NCBI GenBank assembly: GCA_964455185.1
Contig: CAYVUR010000001.1
Coordinates: 3,892 to 67,891, forward strand
DNA: 64,000 nt
From: an uncultured Gammaproteobacteria bacterium
GTDB taxonomy: Bacteria > Patescibacteriota > Patescibacteriia > 2-01-FULL-39-33
Reading direction: 5' to 3'
Made by a program: the position numbers and the translations under genes
The notes under the pieces: model-generated
What the model saw: the letters and a program-made list of their open reading frames with translations, nothing else
Told to the model about the DNA's origin: nothing
The model's database searches: none
In this document: in pieces, positions 27,191 to 37,412 of the stretch
Numbering within the stretch: the stretch's first letter is position 1
How the letters are laid out: each line of letters opens with the position of its first letter

Positions 27191-28710
27191 AGTTTAATAT
27201 TTTTTAATAATCTAAGCGGATCTTTATTGCGATTAATTCCGGCTCTGATTTTACTTTTGGCCATTGATGTTTTAGCTATCTCTAACCAATCAGGATTAGG
27301 TGCTTTACGATTTTTGTCAGTTATGATTTCTACAATATCTCCACTTTTTAATTGATAACCAAGATTAACTAACTGGTCATTAACTTTAGAACCTACACAC
27401 TTATCGCCTAAATTACTGTGTACATGATAAGCGAAATCAATAGGCGTCGCTCCTTCAGGAAGATCAATAACGTCTCCTTTAGGAGTAAAAACAAAAATTC
27501 TATTTTGAAAAATATCAAATTTTATTGTCTGTAAAAATTGATCATTATCTTTTATCTTTTTTTGCCATTCAATAAGTTCGTTAAGCCATTTCATATTTTT
27601 GGCATTTAATTTGCCACCGGTTTCTTTATAATTCCAATGAGCGGCGATACCATATTCAGCTTGTTCATGCATTTCTTTGGTACGAATTTGAAATTCTACA
27701 ATTTCACCATCATCAGCAAATACAGTAGTATGCAAAGACTGATAGCCATTAGGTTTAGGATTAGCGATATAATCTTTGATGCGTCCGGGCATAGGGCGAT
27801 ACATACTATGTAAAATTCCTAAAACACTATAGCAATCAGTTACAGTAGGGACAATTAAACGTAAAGCAATTAAATCATAAACTCGTCCAATATCACGATT
27901 AATTTCTGGACGTAAGAGTTTTTTGTATAAACTATAAAGATGTTTAGTGCGTCCTTGTAAAGAAATTTCATTGATTTTAATATTGCTTTGAGCTAGTTTT
28001 TTTATTACGTTATTTTTAATTTTTTCTAAATATTTTTCTTTAGCTCGATATTCTCCGGGTATTATTTTATTAATCCATTGGTAGTCCTCAGGATAAACAT
28101 ACTTGAAAGCTAAATCTTCTAATTCACCTTTTATTTTTCCAATAGATAAACGGTCGGCAATTGGTGCATAAATTTCTAAAGTTTCTTTAGCGATACGAAG
28201 TTGTTTTTCAGGAGGTAAGGCATCTAAAGTTTTAAGATTATGTAATCTATCAGCAAATTTTATCAAAATTACTCTAATATCATCAGACATAGCAACAAAC
28301 ATTTTTCGCAGATTTTCTGCATATCGTTCCATGCCGCGATATTTTAATTGTCCTAGTTTAGTAATTCCAGCTACTAATTTAGCAGTATCATGTCCAAAGT
28401 TTTTTTCTATTTCTTCTAAAGTTCTGTTAGTATCTTCAGGAACATCATGTAATAAACCGGCTATTATAGTAGTTATATCTAATTTCATTTCAGCTAATTT
28501 TTGAGCTGTTGCTAATGGATGAATAATATAAGGTTCTCCAGAAACTCGAGTTTGACCCTTGTGAGCTTCAAAGGCAAAATCATAAGCAAGCTTAAGCATA
28601 TCTAAATCATTTGTAATATCAGATTTAGAAATTAAATTGTCGATAACCTCATTTTTTTCAACTATTTTTAATAGTTTATCAAATTCTTTTTGAGGATTAT
28701 TTGACCACAT
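27181..28710 (-). CDS. Short RelA/SpoT homolog: (p)ppGpp hydrolase (HD) + synthetase + TGS, lacking the C-terminal regulatory domains
   Basis: HD motif HDVPEDT, a synthetase block (..RTKHLYSLYKKLLR.., DLIALRLIV) and a TGS domain ending ..SGDIVEIIT. Only 509 aa. Confidence 0.85.
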   Translation of the reverse strand: MWSNNPQKEFDKLLKIVEKNEVIDNLISKSDITNDLDMLKLAYDFAFEAHKGQTRVSGEPYIIHPLATAQKLAEMKLDITTIIAGLLHDVPEDTNRTLEEIEKNFGHDTAKLVAGITKLGQLKYRGMERYAENLRKMFVAMSDDIRVILIKFADRLHNLKTLDALPPEKQLRIAKETLEIYAPIADRLSIGKIKGELEDLAFKYVYPEDYQWINKIIPGEYRAKEKYLEKIKNNVIKKLAQSNIKINEISLQGRTKHLYSLYKKLLRPEINRDIGRVYDLIALRLIVPTVTDCYSVLGILHSMYRPMPGRIKDYIANPKPNGYQSLHTTVFADDGEIVEFQIRTKEMHEQAEYGIAAHWNYKETGGKLNAKNMKWLNELIEWQKKIKDNDQFLQTIKFDIFQNRIFVFTPKGDVIDLPEGATPIDFAYHVHSNLGDKCVGSKVNDQLVNLGYQLKSGDIVEIITDKNRKAPNPDWLEIAKTSMAKSKIRAGINRNKDPLRLLKNIKLKK

Positions 28711-28754
28711 ATTATTTGTGGTTATTATAGGTTATCTACAGAAGAAAGTCTAAT

Positions 28755-30932
28755 TTAATATTTTAACTTATCGGGTCGATGATAAGGGCAATTTTTATCA
28801 GAACATCTTTCAGGAATTGTTTTAGTTCCTTCCATCATTAATTTACCGCAGAGAGGACATAAATTACCAGTTGGCTTGCTTTTAATAATATTTTTACAAG
28901 CAGGATAATTACTACAGCTATAAAAAATTCCATAATTACCATGTTTTTCTATTATTGTACCTTTTTTACATTCAGGACACTGAATTCCAGTATCAGCCTT
29001 TTTCATTTTTTCATTTTCTTTAGTTTCATCTTTTTTAATAAATTTACATTTGGGATAATTAGAGCAAGCAATAAACTTTCCATATTTACCATCTCGTTCA
29101 ATTAAATCTCCTTTACCACATTGAGGGCAAGTTTCACCTGTTGATTTAGGAGTTTCTAAAATTTTACCATCAAGCGTCATGGCGCCATTACAATCAGGAA
29201 ATTTAGCGCAAGAATAAAATTTGCCGCCTCGTCCTAATTTAATAATCATAGCTCCGCCACAAATAGGACATTTAATATTTTCTGGAGCCTTACCTAAATC
29301 ATTAAGTTTGGGGATTGATTTTTTGCTTTTAACTTCTTCTGTAAAAGGTTTATAAAAATTTTCTAAAACATGAATATAAGTCTCTTTACCTTGAGCAATT
29401 TCGTCAAGTTCATCCTCCATTTTAGCAGTAAAATTATCAGAAATATAATTTTTGAAATTATTATTAAGAAAATCACTGACAATTTCTCCAGTTTCCGTTG
29501 GTTTTAATGTTTTATTTTCTTTAATAACATAGCCACGATCTTGAATAGTTTTAATAATAGTAGCATAAGTTGAGGGACGACCAATACCTCTTTTTTCTAA
29601 TTCTTTAACTAGTCCAGCTTCAGTATAGCGATGCGGTGGTTCTGTTTGTTTGGCTAAAGATTCTATTTTTTCTAATTTTAATTTTTCTAATTCTTTGAAT
29701 TGTGGCAGATTAATATCTTCATTTTTAGCTTTAGGATCAATTTTAAGCCAACCTTCAAAAATTATTCTACTTCCTTCTGCGATAAATTCTGGTAATTCAT
29801 CTGCTTGGGCTATTATTTTTGTTTTTAAAATTTTAGCTTCTGACATTTGAGAAGCTATAGTTCTTTGCCAAATTAATTTGTATAATTTTTGTTCTTGAGA
29901 ATTAGCTCCAGCATCAATAGTGGAAAAATTAGTAGGACGAATAGCTTCATGAGCTTCTTGCGCATTTTTGCTTTTAGTTATAAATTTTTGTGGTTTAGCA
30001 TACTCTTTGCTGTATTTTTCTATAATTAAATTATTTATTTCTTTCATTGCTTGTTCACTTAAAATTGTACTGTCAGTACGCATATAAGTGATATGGCCAG
30101 CTTCATAAAGTTTTTGTGCTAAACGCATAGTAACAGCAGGAGAATATCCTAATCTTGAAGAAGCAACTTGTTGTAAAGTAGAGGTTGTAAAAGGAGCTTT
30201 GGCTCTGCGAATTGTTTCACTTTCTTCAATTTTAACTACTTTCCAAGACGATTTTTTAGCTTTGCTTAAAATTTCTTTTGCCTCAGTTTCTGTTTTGGCT
30301 ATTTTTTGACATTTGAAATGAGCTAATTGTTTTAATTCGCCAACAAAATCAGCTTCAATTTCCCAAAATTTTTCTGGAATAAAAGCACGAATTTCTTTTT
30401 CTCTTTCTACAATAATTCTTAAAGCAGGAGATTGAACTCTTCCAGCAGAAAGTCCATAACGAAGTTTTTGCCAAATTAATCCACTTAAATCATAACCAAA
30501 AAGACGATCAAGTACGCGTCTTGCTTCTTGAGCTTCTTTAAGATTTTCATCAATTTCTCGTGGATGTTTAATTGCCTCTAAAATAGCTGGTTTAGTTATC
30601 TCATAAAAAACAACTCTTTTAGGATTTTTTAATCCTACAGTTTCTTTAATGTGCCAAGCAATTGCTTCTCCTTCACGGTCAGGATCAGTAGCTAAAATTA
30701 CTTCCTCTGCTTCTTGAGCTAGTTTTTTAATTTCAGCTACTGTTTTTTCTTTGCCGGGAGAAATTTCATAATGAGGCACAAATCCGGATTCTATATCAAT
30801 AGCGTTTTTATTTGATTTAGGAAGGTCTCTAATATGACCAATACTAGCTTTAACAATATATTCATTATCTAAATATTTTGCTATAGTTTTTGCTTTAGAA
30901 GGAGATTCAACTATCATCAATTTTTTTGACAT
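28755..30932 (-). CDS. topA: DNA topoisomerase I
   Basis: TOPRIM N-terminus (MIVESPSKAKTIAKYL...), a catalytic Tyr region and several C-terminal Cys4 zinc ribbons. Confidence 0.95.
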   Translation of the reverse strand: MSKKLMIVESPSKAKTIAKYLDNEYIVKASIGHIRDLPKSNKNAIDIESGFVPHYEISPGKEKTVAEIKKLAQEAEEVILATDPDREGEAIAWHIKETVGLKNPKRVVFYEITKPAILEAIKHPREIDENLKEAQEARRVLDRLFGYDLSGLIWQKLRYGLSAGRVQSPALRIIVEREKEIRAFIPEKFWEIEADFVGELKQLAHFKCQKIAKTETEAKEILSKAKKSSWKVVKIEESETIRRAKAPFTTSTLQQVASSRLGYSPAVTMRLAQKLYEAGHITYMRTDSTILSEQAMKEINNLIIEKYSKEYAKPQKFITKSKNAQEAHEAIRPTNFSTIDAGANSQEQKLYKLIWQRTIASQMSEAKILKTKIIAQADELPEFIAEGSRIIFEGWLKIDPKAKNEDINLPQFKELEKLKLEKIESLAKQTEPPHRYTEAGLVKELEKRGIGRPSTYATIIKTIQDRGYVIKENKTLKPTETGEIVSDFLNNNFKNYISDNFTAKMEDELDEIAQGKETYIHVLENFYKPFTEEVKSKKSIPKLNDLGKAPENIKCPICGGAMIIKLGRGGKFYSCAKFPDCNGAMTLDGKILETPKSTGETCPQCGKGDLIERDGKYGKFIACSNYPKCKFIKKDETKENEKMKKADTGIQCPECKKGTIIEKHGNYGIFYSCSNYPACKNIIKSKPTGNLCPLCGKLMMEGTKTIPERCSDKNCPYHRPDKLKY

Positions 30933-30936
30933 AATT

Positions 30937-32034
30937 TTATTTTTTAAGACTGAAATAATTTCCGCCTCCAGAATTTTTAATTAGTCCTTTTATTTCCAGT
31001 ACTGATAATATGCTTGAAAGGACATTGATTCTAATATTACAGATTTGGGCTATTTTGTCAATGTGAAGACTTTGATTTTTTAAAAGAAAAATAATATTTT
31101 TTTCTGTTTCAGTTAAATTTTGAGTATTATCGCTTGATTTTGCTTTAATTAAATGACCAAGTTTTAAATCTTCTAAAATATCTGATATTTGAGTTACAGC
31201 TTTAGCTCCTTTTTTAATTAATTCATTGGTTCCTTCACAATAATGATTATAAATATTGCCAGGCACAGCATAGACATCACGGCCTTGGTCAAGAGCGCAA
31301 TTAGCGGTTATTATAGTTCCTGATTCTTTTCCAGCTTCTATAATTAATACTGCTTTAGAAATTCCAGAAATAATACGGTTTCTTATGGCAAAATTACTTT
31401 TTAAAGTTATTGAACCTAGTGAGTTTTCTGAAATTAAACAGCCGCCTTTTTCTAAAATTTCTTGGGCTAATCGATGATTTGATTTAGGTCCAATATTTTT
31501 CCAGTTTAAATCTGAACCTAAAACAGCGGCAGTGAATCCGTTTTTAGTAATTGCTATTTTGTGAGCTAGGGCATCTATTCCAAAAGCCAAGCCAGAGATT
31601 ATACCAATATTATAATAACTCAATTGACTTACTAAATCTTCTACAACTCTTTGTCCATAAGAAGTATTTTTACGTGTACCAACTACCGCTAAACATGGTA
31701 AATAATTAATAGGTTTAATATCGCCTAAAAAATAAATAATAAAAGGCGGATCATAGATTTCTTTAAGTAATTTAGGATAATTATTATCTTCTATTGTCAC
31801 CCAATTTATTCCCAACTTTTGTAATAGTTCAATTTCTTGATTAAGATCTATTTGATTACGTTGTTTAATAATTTCCTGACAGTCATTTTCTTTGATTCCC
31901 GAAGCTAAAAGTTCTGGAAAATTAGCTTTCCAAGCTAGTTCTAAATCTCCGAAAAAATCTTTAATAAGTTTAAATTTTATTGGACCTATTTGAGGTATCT
32001 TTGAAAAACCTATAAAATATTGGTCTTTTTGCAT
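30937..32034 (-). CDS. dprA: DNA processing protein DprA
   Basis: Rossmann-like DprA core (..LAVVGTRKNTSYGQRV..IISGLAFGIDALAHKIA..) and a C-terminal winged helix. Confidence 0.85.
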   Translation of the reverse strand: MQKDQYFIGFSKIPQIGPIKFKLIKDFFGDLELAWKANFPELLASGIKENDCQEIIKQRNQIDLNQEIELLQKLGINWVTIEDNNYPKLLKEIYDPPFIIYFLGDIKPINYLPCLAVVGTRKNTSYGQRVVEDLVSQLSYYNIGIISGLAFGIDALAHKIAITKNGFTAAVLGSDLNWKNIGPKSNHRLAQEILEKGGCLISENSLGSITLKSNFAIRNRIISGISKAVLIIEAGKESGTIITANCALDQGRDVYAVPGNIYNHYCEGTNELIKKGAKAVTQISDILEDLKLGHLIKAKSSDNTQNLTETEKNIIFLLKNQSLHIDKIAQICNIRINVLSSILSVLEIKGLIKNSGGGNYFSLKK

Positions 32035-32054
32035 GATAATTTATTTGATTACCC

Positions 32055-32083
32055 TTGACATTTGGGGTTTGTTTTGTTAAAAT
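32055..32083 (+). promoter_or_regulatory. Candidate sigma70 promoter (TTGACA-17-TAAAAT) preceding a long hairpin element
   Basis: TTGACA 32055-32060, 17-nt spacer, TAAAAT 32078-32083. No plus-strand CDS follows. The 32092-32187 hairpin lies immediately downstream. Confidence 0.35.
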
Positions 32084-32091
32084 GCTAGCGT

Positions 32092-32195
32092 TAATAATGG
32101 TCATATTACTGTTTGCTAATCGGCGGTTATTGCCCCCCCTCCTGGCATTTTCTCGCCGCTTAGCAGGCAGTAATATGGCCATTATTTTATTAATT
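32092..32195 (+). ncRNA. Candidate small structured RNA: ~95-nt imperfect long hairpin followed by a U-rich tract
   Basis: 20-nt arms TAATAATGGTCATATTACTG (32092-32111) and CAGTAATATGGCCATTATTA (32168-32187) differ by one wobble. Inner arms TTTGCTAATCGGCGG and CCGCTTAGCAGG extend the stem. The apical region is C-rich. TTTTATTAATT follows. Confidence 0.3.
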
Positions 32196-32197
32196 AC

Positions 32198-32224
32198 AAA
32201 AGCCGGTAATTCCGGCTTTAGCCC
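32198..32224 (-). terminator. Terminator hairpin downstream of pth
   Basis: AAAGCCGG-taattc-CCGGCTTT is directly past the pth stop. The U-tract is modest. Confidence 0.45.
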
Positions 32225-32241
32225 TCCTTAATACTTTTAAA

Positions 32242-32817
32242 CTAATTGTATTTATTCATTGCTTTACTTATTGACGATTTAATTATTTCTATAGCTGCTT
32301 CTGTTGCTAAATTTGTTTGTGTTTCAATAATTTTTAATTCATTTTTAGTAAATCTGCTTAATACATAATCAGCGGCTCCAATAATTTTTTTTCTTTCTGT
32401 AGCTATTCCTATTTTAATACGACAAAACTTTTTTGTTCCTAAAGACTCGATAATTGATTTAATACCATTATGTCCTCCAGCTGAAGAATTAAAAGAAATT
32501 CTTATTTTTCCTAAAGGTAAATCGATATCATCATGTATAACTATAATATTATCACTTTCTATTTTGTAGAAATTAGTTATCGCCGCTACTGACTTGCCAG
32601 AATTATTCATAAAAGTTAGCGGTTTTGCTAAAATTATTTTGTCTTGATTTTCATTTTTATAGGAAACGCTGCTTATTTCAGCTAAAAATTTAGAAACTTG
32701 TTTGAATTTAGGAGCAGCTAAAAAATGAGCTATTTTATCAATAGTTATAAAACCTATATTGTGCCAAGTATTTTTATATTTAATTCCAGGATTACCTAAA
32801 CCTATTATTAATTTCAT
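32242..32817 (-). CDS. pth: Peptidyl-tRNA hydrolase
   Basis: MKLIIGLGNPGIKYKNTWHNIGF... matches the Pth N-terminal signature with its catalytic His. Confidence 0.9.
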   Translation of the reverse strand: MKLIIGLGNPGIKYKNTWHNIGFITIDKIAHFLAAPKFKQVSKFLAEISSVSYKNENQDKIILAKPLTFMNNSGKSVAAITNFYKIESDNIIVIHDDIDLPLGKIRISFNSSAGGHNGIKSIIESLGTKKFCRIKIGIATERKKIIGAADYVLSRFTKNELKIIETQTNLATEAAIEIIKSSISKAMNKYN

Positions 32818-32819
32818 AA

Positions 32820-34178
32820 TTATTTTTTATCTTCTTTCCATTTTTTTAATTCAATCTGTATTGGTGTTCCGATAATTTTAAATTTTTCTCTTAAGTTATT
32901 CTGTAAGAAACGAATATAAGAAAAATGTAAAATAGTTGGATCATTAACATAAATAATAAAATGAGGTGGATTAGTGCTGTTTTGAATAATTTCATAAATA
33001 TAAGGATTTTTTAATCCTTTGCCTCTTGAAGGTTTATGTTGTTTAATTTTTTGTTTTAAAAATTTATCTAATTGGCTATCAGTAATTTTAATTTCTCTAG
33101 CTTCTTTTATTTGTATAGCTAAATCAAGTAATTTATGAGTGCGTAAATTTTCTTTGGCAGAAATAAATATTAAAGGAGCCCACCACAAATAAGGGAAAGA
33201 TTTACGATAGAAATCTTCATACTCTTTTATAGTATTGGTTTTTTTATTTTTTATAAGATCCCATTTATTAGCGACAATAATTACTGATTTGCCTGATTCT
33301 AAAATAGTTTGAGTGATTTTTTTGTCTTGAGCATCTATTTTTTTATTACATTCAGTAATTAAAATAGCTACATCACAATTATTAAGAGCATCAAGTGATT
33401 TTTTTATAGATTTTTTTTCTAAGGAATTTGGTTTAATTTTATTTTTTTTCCTAATTCCTGCTGTATCAATGATTAAAAATTTTTTATTTTTATAAAAAAA
33501 TTCAGTATCATGAGCTTCTCGAGTAGTGTGAGCTATATCGCTGACAATAACTCTTTCTTCGCCTAAAATTGAATTAAGTAAAGATGATTTACCAACGTTA
33601 GGTTTACCAATTATAGCTATTTTAATATCTGGTTTAGTGATTTCTTTTTCTGATATTTTTTTATTAGGTAATTTTTTTAAAATTTTATCCAATAAATCTC
33701 CTGTACCAGATCCAGAAGAGGCGCTAACATTTATCGGTTCCCCTAATCCTAAACAATAAATACTATTATCGTATTTTTTAAATTTTGCTGTTTCAGCTTT
33801 ATTTCCGACAAGAATAATTTTATTTTTAAATCCTTCATTAATTAATTTTTTAGCTAAACTTTTATCAACTGGAGTGGCGCCTTCTATTAAGTCTATAACA
33901 AATAATATTAAGTCAGATTCATTTATTGCTTTTTGAGCTTGTTTAATTATTCCTTCGCTGATAGTTTTAGGAATTTTTTCATCAATATCTAATCCACCAG
34001 TATCAATTAGTTGAAATTTTTTTCCTCGCCATGAAACTAAACCAATATTGCGATCTCGAGTTGTTCCTGAAATTGAAGAAACTAAAGCTTTTTCTTGTTC
34101 AATCAATCGATTGAAAAGAGTTGATTTGCCAACATTAGCTCGTCCGATTATAGCAACTTTGGGTAAAGTTTCAGACAT
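32820..34178 (-). CDS. der: GTPase Der (EngA), with two GTP-binding domains
   Basis: Two G domains (GRANVGKSTLFN and GKPNVGKSSLLN) plus a KH-like C-terminus. Confidence 0.93.
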   Translation of the reverse strand: MSETLPKVAIIGRANVGKSTLFNRLIEQEKALVSSISGTTRDRNIGLVSWRGKKFQLIDTGGLDIDEKIPKTISEGIIKQAQKAINESDLILFVIDLIEGATPVDKSLAKKLINEGFKNKIILVGNKAETAKFKKYDNSIYCLGLGEPINVSASSGSGTGDLLDKILKKLPNKKISEKEITKPDIKIAIIGKPNVGKSSLLNSILGEERVIVSDIAHTTREAHDTEFFYKNKKFLIIDTAGIRKKNKIKPNSLEKKSIKKSLDALNNCDVAILITECNKKIDAQDKKITQTILESGKSVIIVANKWDLIKNKKTNTIKEYEDFYRKSFPYLWWAPLIFISAKENLRTHKLLDLAIQIKEAREIKITDSQLDKFLKQKIKQHKPSRGKGLKNPYIYEIIQNSTNPPHFIIYVNDPTILHFSYIRFLQNNLREKFKIIGTPIQIELKKWKEDKK

Positions 34179-34290
34179 ATAAATATAATATCAATAAATT
34201 TTAATGATAACAACTTTTTTATTTTTTTAATGATTTTTATTATTATTTTTTTATATATTAGTTTCGTGTTATAATATTAAAAATAAAAAA

Positions 34291-35253
34291 ATGGAAATAG
34301 ATTTACAACTCAATAAAAATGAATGGAATAATTTTATAACTACTATTGATAGTGATGGTAGTTTTTTACAATCTTGGGAATGGGGTGAATTTCAGCAAGA
34401 TTTAGGTAGAGATATTTTTCGAATTTCTATAAAAATTGATAAAAAAATTTCTGCTGTTGCTTTAATTATTAAACACAAACTTCCTTTAGGACAAAATTAT
34501 TTATATATACCTCGAGGTCCAATCTTAAAAGATATTAATTCTGAAAATTTTGATATAATTTTTTCTAAAATTAAACAATTAAGTATTGATAATGATTCAT
34601 TGTTTATTAGAATTGATCCAGCTTGGAAGGATGATAAAAAATTAAAATCATACGAATTTAATTTTATAGGTCAAGTTCAACCTAAAAAAACTTTAATATT
34701 ACAATTAAATAAAACACCAGAAGAATTACTTTCTTTAATGAAACCCAAAACTCGTTATAATATTAAATTAGCACAGAGACATGAAGTTTTAATAACAGAA
34801 GCAAATTTGGATAGCTTTGATTTGTTTTGGCATTTAATGGTAAAAACTTGTCTTCGTGACGGTATAAAAAGTCATTCTAAAATTTATTATCAAAAACAAT
34901 TAAAAATTCCGGGATTTAAATTAAAATTAGCTTGGTGGCAAAACAAAGTTATTGCCGGAGCTATTATAAATGATTTTGGTAATACTCGTACCTATGTGCA
35001 TGGTGCTTCTGATTATAAATTTCGTGATAAGATGGCTCCTTATTTATTACAATGGGAAATGATTTGCGAAGCGCAAAAATTAGGTTTGAAATACTATGAT
35101 TTTTGGGGTGCTGACCCTTCTAATTCTAGATGGGCAGGTGTAACAAGGTTTAAAATAGGTTTTGCTCCGCAACAAGAATTAACATCATATATTGGAGCAT
35201 ATGATTTTAAATTAAAGCCATTATTTTACCGATTATATAAATTATTAAAATAA
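34291..35253 (+). CDS. FemAB-family peptidyltransferase-like protein (peptidoglycan interpeptide bridge formation family)
   Basis: 320 aa with the FemABX-like fold pattern (..LLQWEMICEAQKLGLKYYDFWGADP...RFKIGF). Confidence 0.55.
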   Translation: MEIDLQLNKNEWNNFITTIDSDGSFLQSWEWGEFQQDLGRDIFRISIKIDKKISAVALIIKHKLPLGQNYLYIPRGPILKDINSENFDIIFSKIKQLSIDNDSLFIRIDPAWKDDKKLKSYEFNFIGQVQPKKTLILQLNKTPEELLSLMKPKTRYNIKLAQRHEVLITEANLDSFDLFWHLMVKTCLRDGIKSHSKIYYQKQLKIPGFKLKLAWWQNKVIAGAIINDFGNTRTYVHGASDYKFRDKMAPYLLQWEMICEAQKLGLKYYDFWGADPSNSRWAGVTRFKIGFAPQQELTSYIGAYDFKLKPLFYRLYKLLK

Positions 35254-35269
35254 AAGAAAGAAAAAGAAA

Positions 35270-36460
35270 ATGTTAAAGAAAATTATCAATTTAATTCCTT
35301 CTTTAATTGCTTCAAAACTTAGTAGACAGGTGCGTGAACTTTATTCAGCTACTATTATTTTGAATTTGGCTGTATCAATGATTAATATTTTTGAGCCAGT
35401 CTTTGTTTTTAATTTATTTTATTTACAGAAGGGATTAAAAGGCACTTTAGAATCAGTTTTATTTTTTTATCTCGCTGTTTATTCTATTTATATTTTTGCA
35501 ATTCCTTTGGGAGTTCGTTTTGCTAAAAAATATGGTTATGAAAATTCAATAGCTATATCTTCAGTATTTCAGATAGCTTTTTATTTTTTTCTTTTTATTT
35601 CTAGCCGATCTCTATTATTTTTACCTATAGCTGTTATTGCTTATGTTTTAGCTAAAATGTTTTATTGGCCGGCTTATCATGCAAATTTTGCTCGTTTTTC
35701 TGCTGATGAGGAGTTAGGTAGAGAAATTAGTAATCTTTGGATTTTAAGTTCTTTAGTAGTAATTATCGCTCCATTAATTGGTGGATTAATTATAGAATTT
35801 TTTGGATTTAAGGTGCTTTTTTTGGTGGCTTCTTTATTAATTTTGGCTTCCAATATTCCGATGTTGGCAACTAAAGAAGACTTTCAGCCACAAGATTTCT
35901 CTTTTTTGAAGGCTTTTAAAAATCTTTTTGATAAAAAAAATCGTCGTGAATTTTGGAGTATTTTTGGTTTTGGAGAAGAATTTATTGTTTTAGTATTGTG
36001 GCCAATATTTATGTTTCTTACAGTTTATAATTTTTTAGGTTTAGGAATTATTTCTGCTTTTTCTATATTAATTTCTACTTTAATTTTACTTTTTGTAGGA
36101 CACTGGACAGATAAAAAAGATAGAAAATCATTATTTATTTTTGGAGTAGTGAGTTATGTTTTTTCTTGGATTATGAGAATTTTAGCTCGTAATAATTTAG
36201 GTATTTTAATTGTTGATGCTTATTCTAGGATTTCTAAAAATATTATTTCTGTACCACTTATGACTAGTGTTTATACAAAAGCACATAATGGTTCAGTTAT
36301 GTCTACTATAGCTTTCTTTGAAATGTCTTTAGTTATTGGTAAGCTTACAGCAATTATTATTTGTTTATTTATTTTACAAATATTTTCTCCCGGCTGGAAC
36401 TCAATTTTTGTTCTCGGTGCCATTTTTACTTTATTTTATTTATTATTTAATACTAAATAA
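35270..36460 (+). CDS. MFS-type transporter
   Basis: 396 aa, ~12 predicted TM helices in two repeat halves separated by a cytoplasmic loop. Confidence 0.55.
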   Translation: MLKKIINLIPSLIASKLSRQVRELYSATIILNLAVSMINIFEPVFVFNLFYLQKGLKGTLESVLFFYLAVYSIYIFAIPLGVRFAKKYGYENSIAISSVFQIAFYFFLFISSRSLLFLPIAVIAYVLAKMFYWPAYHANFARFSADEELGREISNLWILSSLVVIIAPLIGGLIIEFFGFKVLFLVASLLILASNIPMLATKEDFQPQDFSFLKAFKNLFDKKNRREFWSIFGFGEEFIVLVLWPIFMFLTVYNFLGLGIISAFSILISTLILLFVGHWTDKKDRKSLFIFGVVSYVFSWIMRILARNNLGILIVDAYSRISKNIISVPLMTSVYTKAHNGSVMSTIAFFEMSLVIGKLTAIIICLFILQIFSPGWNSIFVLGAIFTLFYLLFNTK

Positions 36461-37293
36461 TGGAAATTAAAGAAATTTGTAAAAATTTTGGCATTATACC
36501 CTCTAAATCTAAAGGGCAAAATTTTTTAATTGATAAAAATATAGTTAATAAAATAATAACAGTAAGTAATCTTAGTTCTCACGATATTATTTTAGAGATT
36601 GGTCCGGGATTAGGAGTTTTAACTGATAAACTCTTAAAAGAAGCTGGTAAAGTAATAGCCGTTGAATTAGATTATAAAACATTTTTAATGCTTCAAAATA
36701 GATTTATTAAAGAAATTAATCTTGGTAAATTATTATTAATAAATGAAGATATTTTAAAAGTTAATTTTTCGACTTTTAATTTATCTGATTTTTCATTTAA
36801 ATTGATTGCTAATCTTCCTTATAATATAACTTCAAAAATTTTTAGATTATTTTTAGAGGTTGGGCCTAGGCCAAGCGAAATGATAGTTATGGTTCAAAAA
36901 GAAGTAGCTCGTCGGATAATAGCTAAACCGGGCGATATGAGTTTATTATCTCTTTCTGTTCAGTTATATAGTGAACCAGAGTTATTGTTTGATGTTAGTT
37001 CTAATTGTTTTTGGCCTGTACCAGAAGTTGATTCTTCAGTAATTAGACTTAAATTAAAACAAAAAATTAGTCCGACTGACTATAAATTAATGTTTCGTTT
37101 AGCCAGAATGGGCTTTGCTGCTAAAAGAAAACAATTACATAATAATCTTTCTGGTGGATTAAAAATAGATAATAAAATAATTAAGAAAATAATTAGTAAT
37201 TTAGGTTGGAATGAAAAAATTAGAGCCCAAGATTTATCAGTTTCTGATTGGATTGCTTTATCAAAAGCTATTAGTAATTTTTTAAAAATTTAA
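36460..37293 (+). CDS. rsmA: 16S rRNA (adenine1518/1519-N6)-dimethyltransferase RsmA/KsgA
   Basis: KSKGQNFLIDKNIVNKI and the SAM-binding motif LEIGPGLGVLT. Confidence 0.9.
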   Translation: MEIKEICKNFGIIPSKSKGQNFLIDKNIVNKIITVSNLSSHDIILEIGPGLGVLTDKLLKEAGKVIAVELDYKTFLMLQNRFIKEINLGKLLLINEDILKVNFSTFNLSDFSFKLIANLPYNITSKIFRLFLEVGPRPSEMIVMVQKEVARRIIAKPGDMSLLSLSVQLYSEPELLFDVSSNCFWPVPEVDSSVIRLKLKQKISPTDYKLMFRLARMGFAAKRKQLHNNLSGGLKIDNKIIKKIISNLGWNEKIRAQDLSVSDWIALSKAISNFLKI

Positions 37294-37354
37294 AAGATAG
37301 TTTTGATAATTTTTATTGCTTTATAAATTATATTTATGTTTTAATATAAATTAA

Positions 37355-37386
37355 TTTTTGGCCGCTTAATTAATTTATGGTATAAT
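37355..37386 (+). promoter_or_regulatory. Candidate extended -10 promoter (TGgTATAAT) upstream of the secreted-protein gene pair
   Basis: TGG at 37378-37380 immediately before TATAAT 37381-37386. The -35 is weak. Confidence 0.35.
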
Positions 37387-37412
37387 TTAATTAATGAGTT
37401 ATCCACAATTTA

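Noticed and set aside
32092-32187. Long hairpin as a 4.5S/SRP RNA
   Set aside because: The size and hairpin shape fit. I could not find the conserved domain IV motif (GGAA tetraloop region with flanking AGG/GCA..CC symmetric loop) on either strand.
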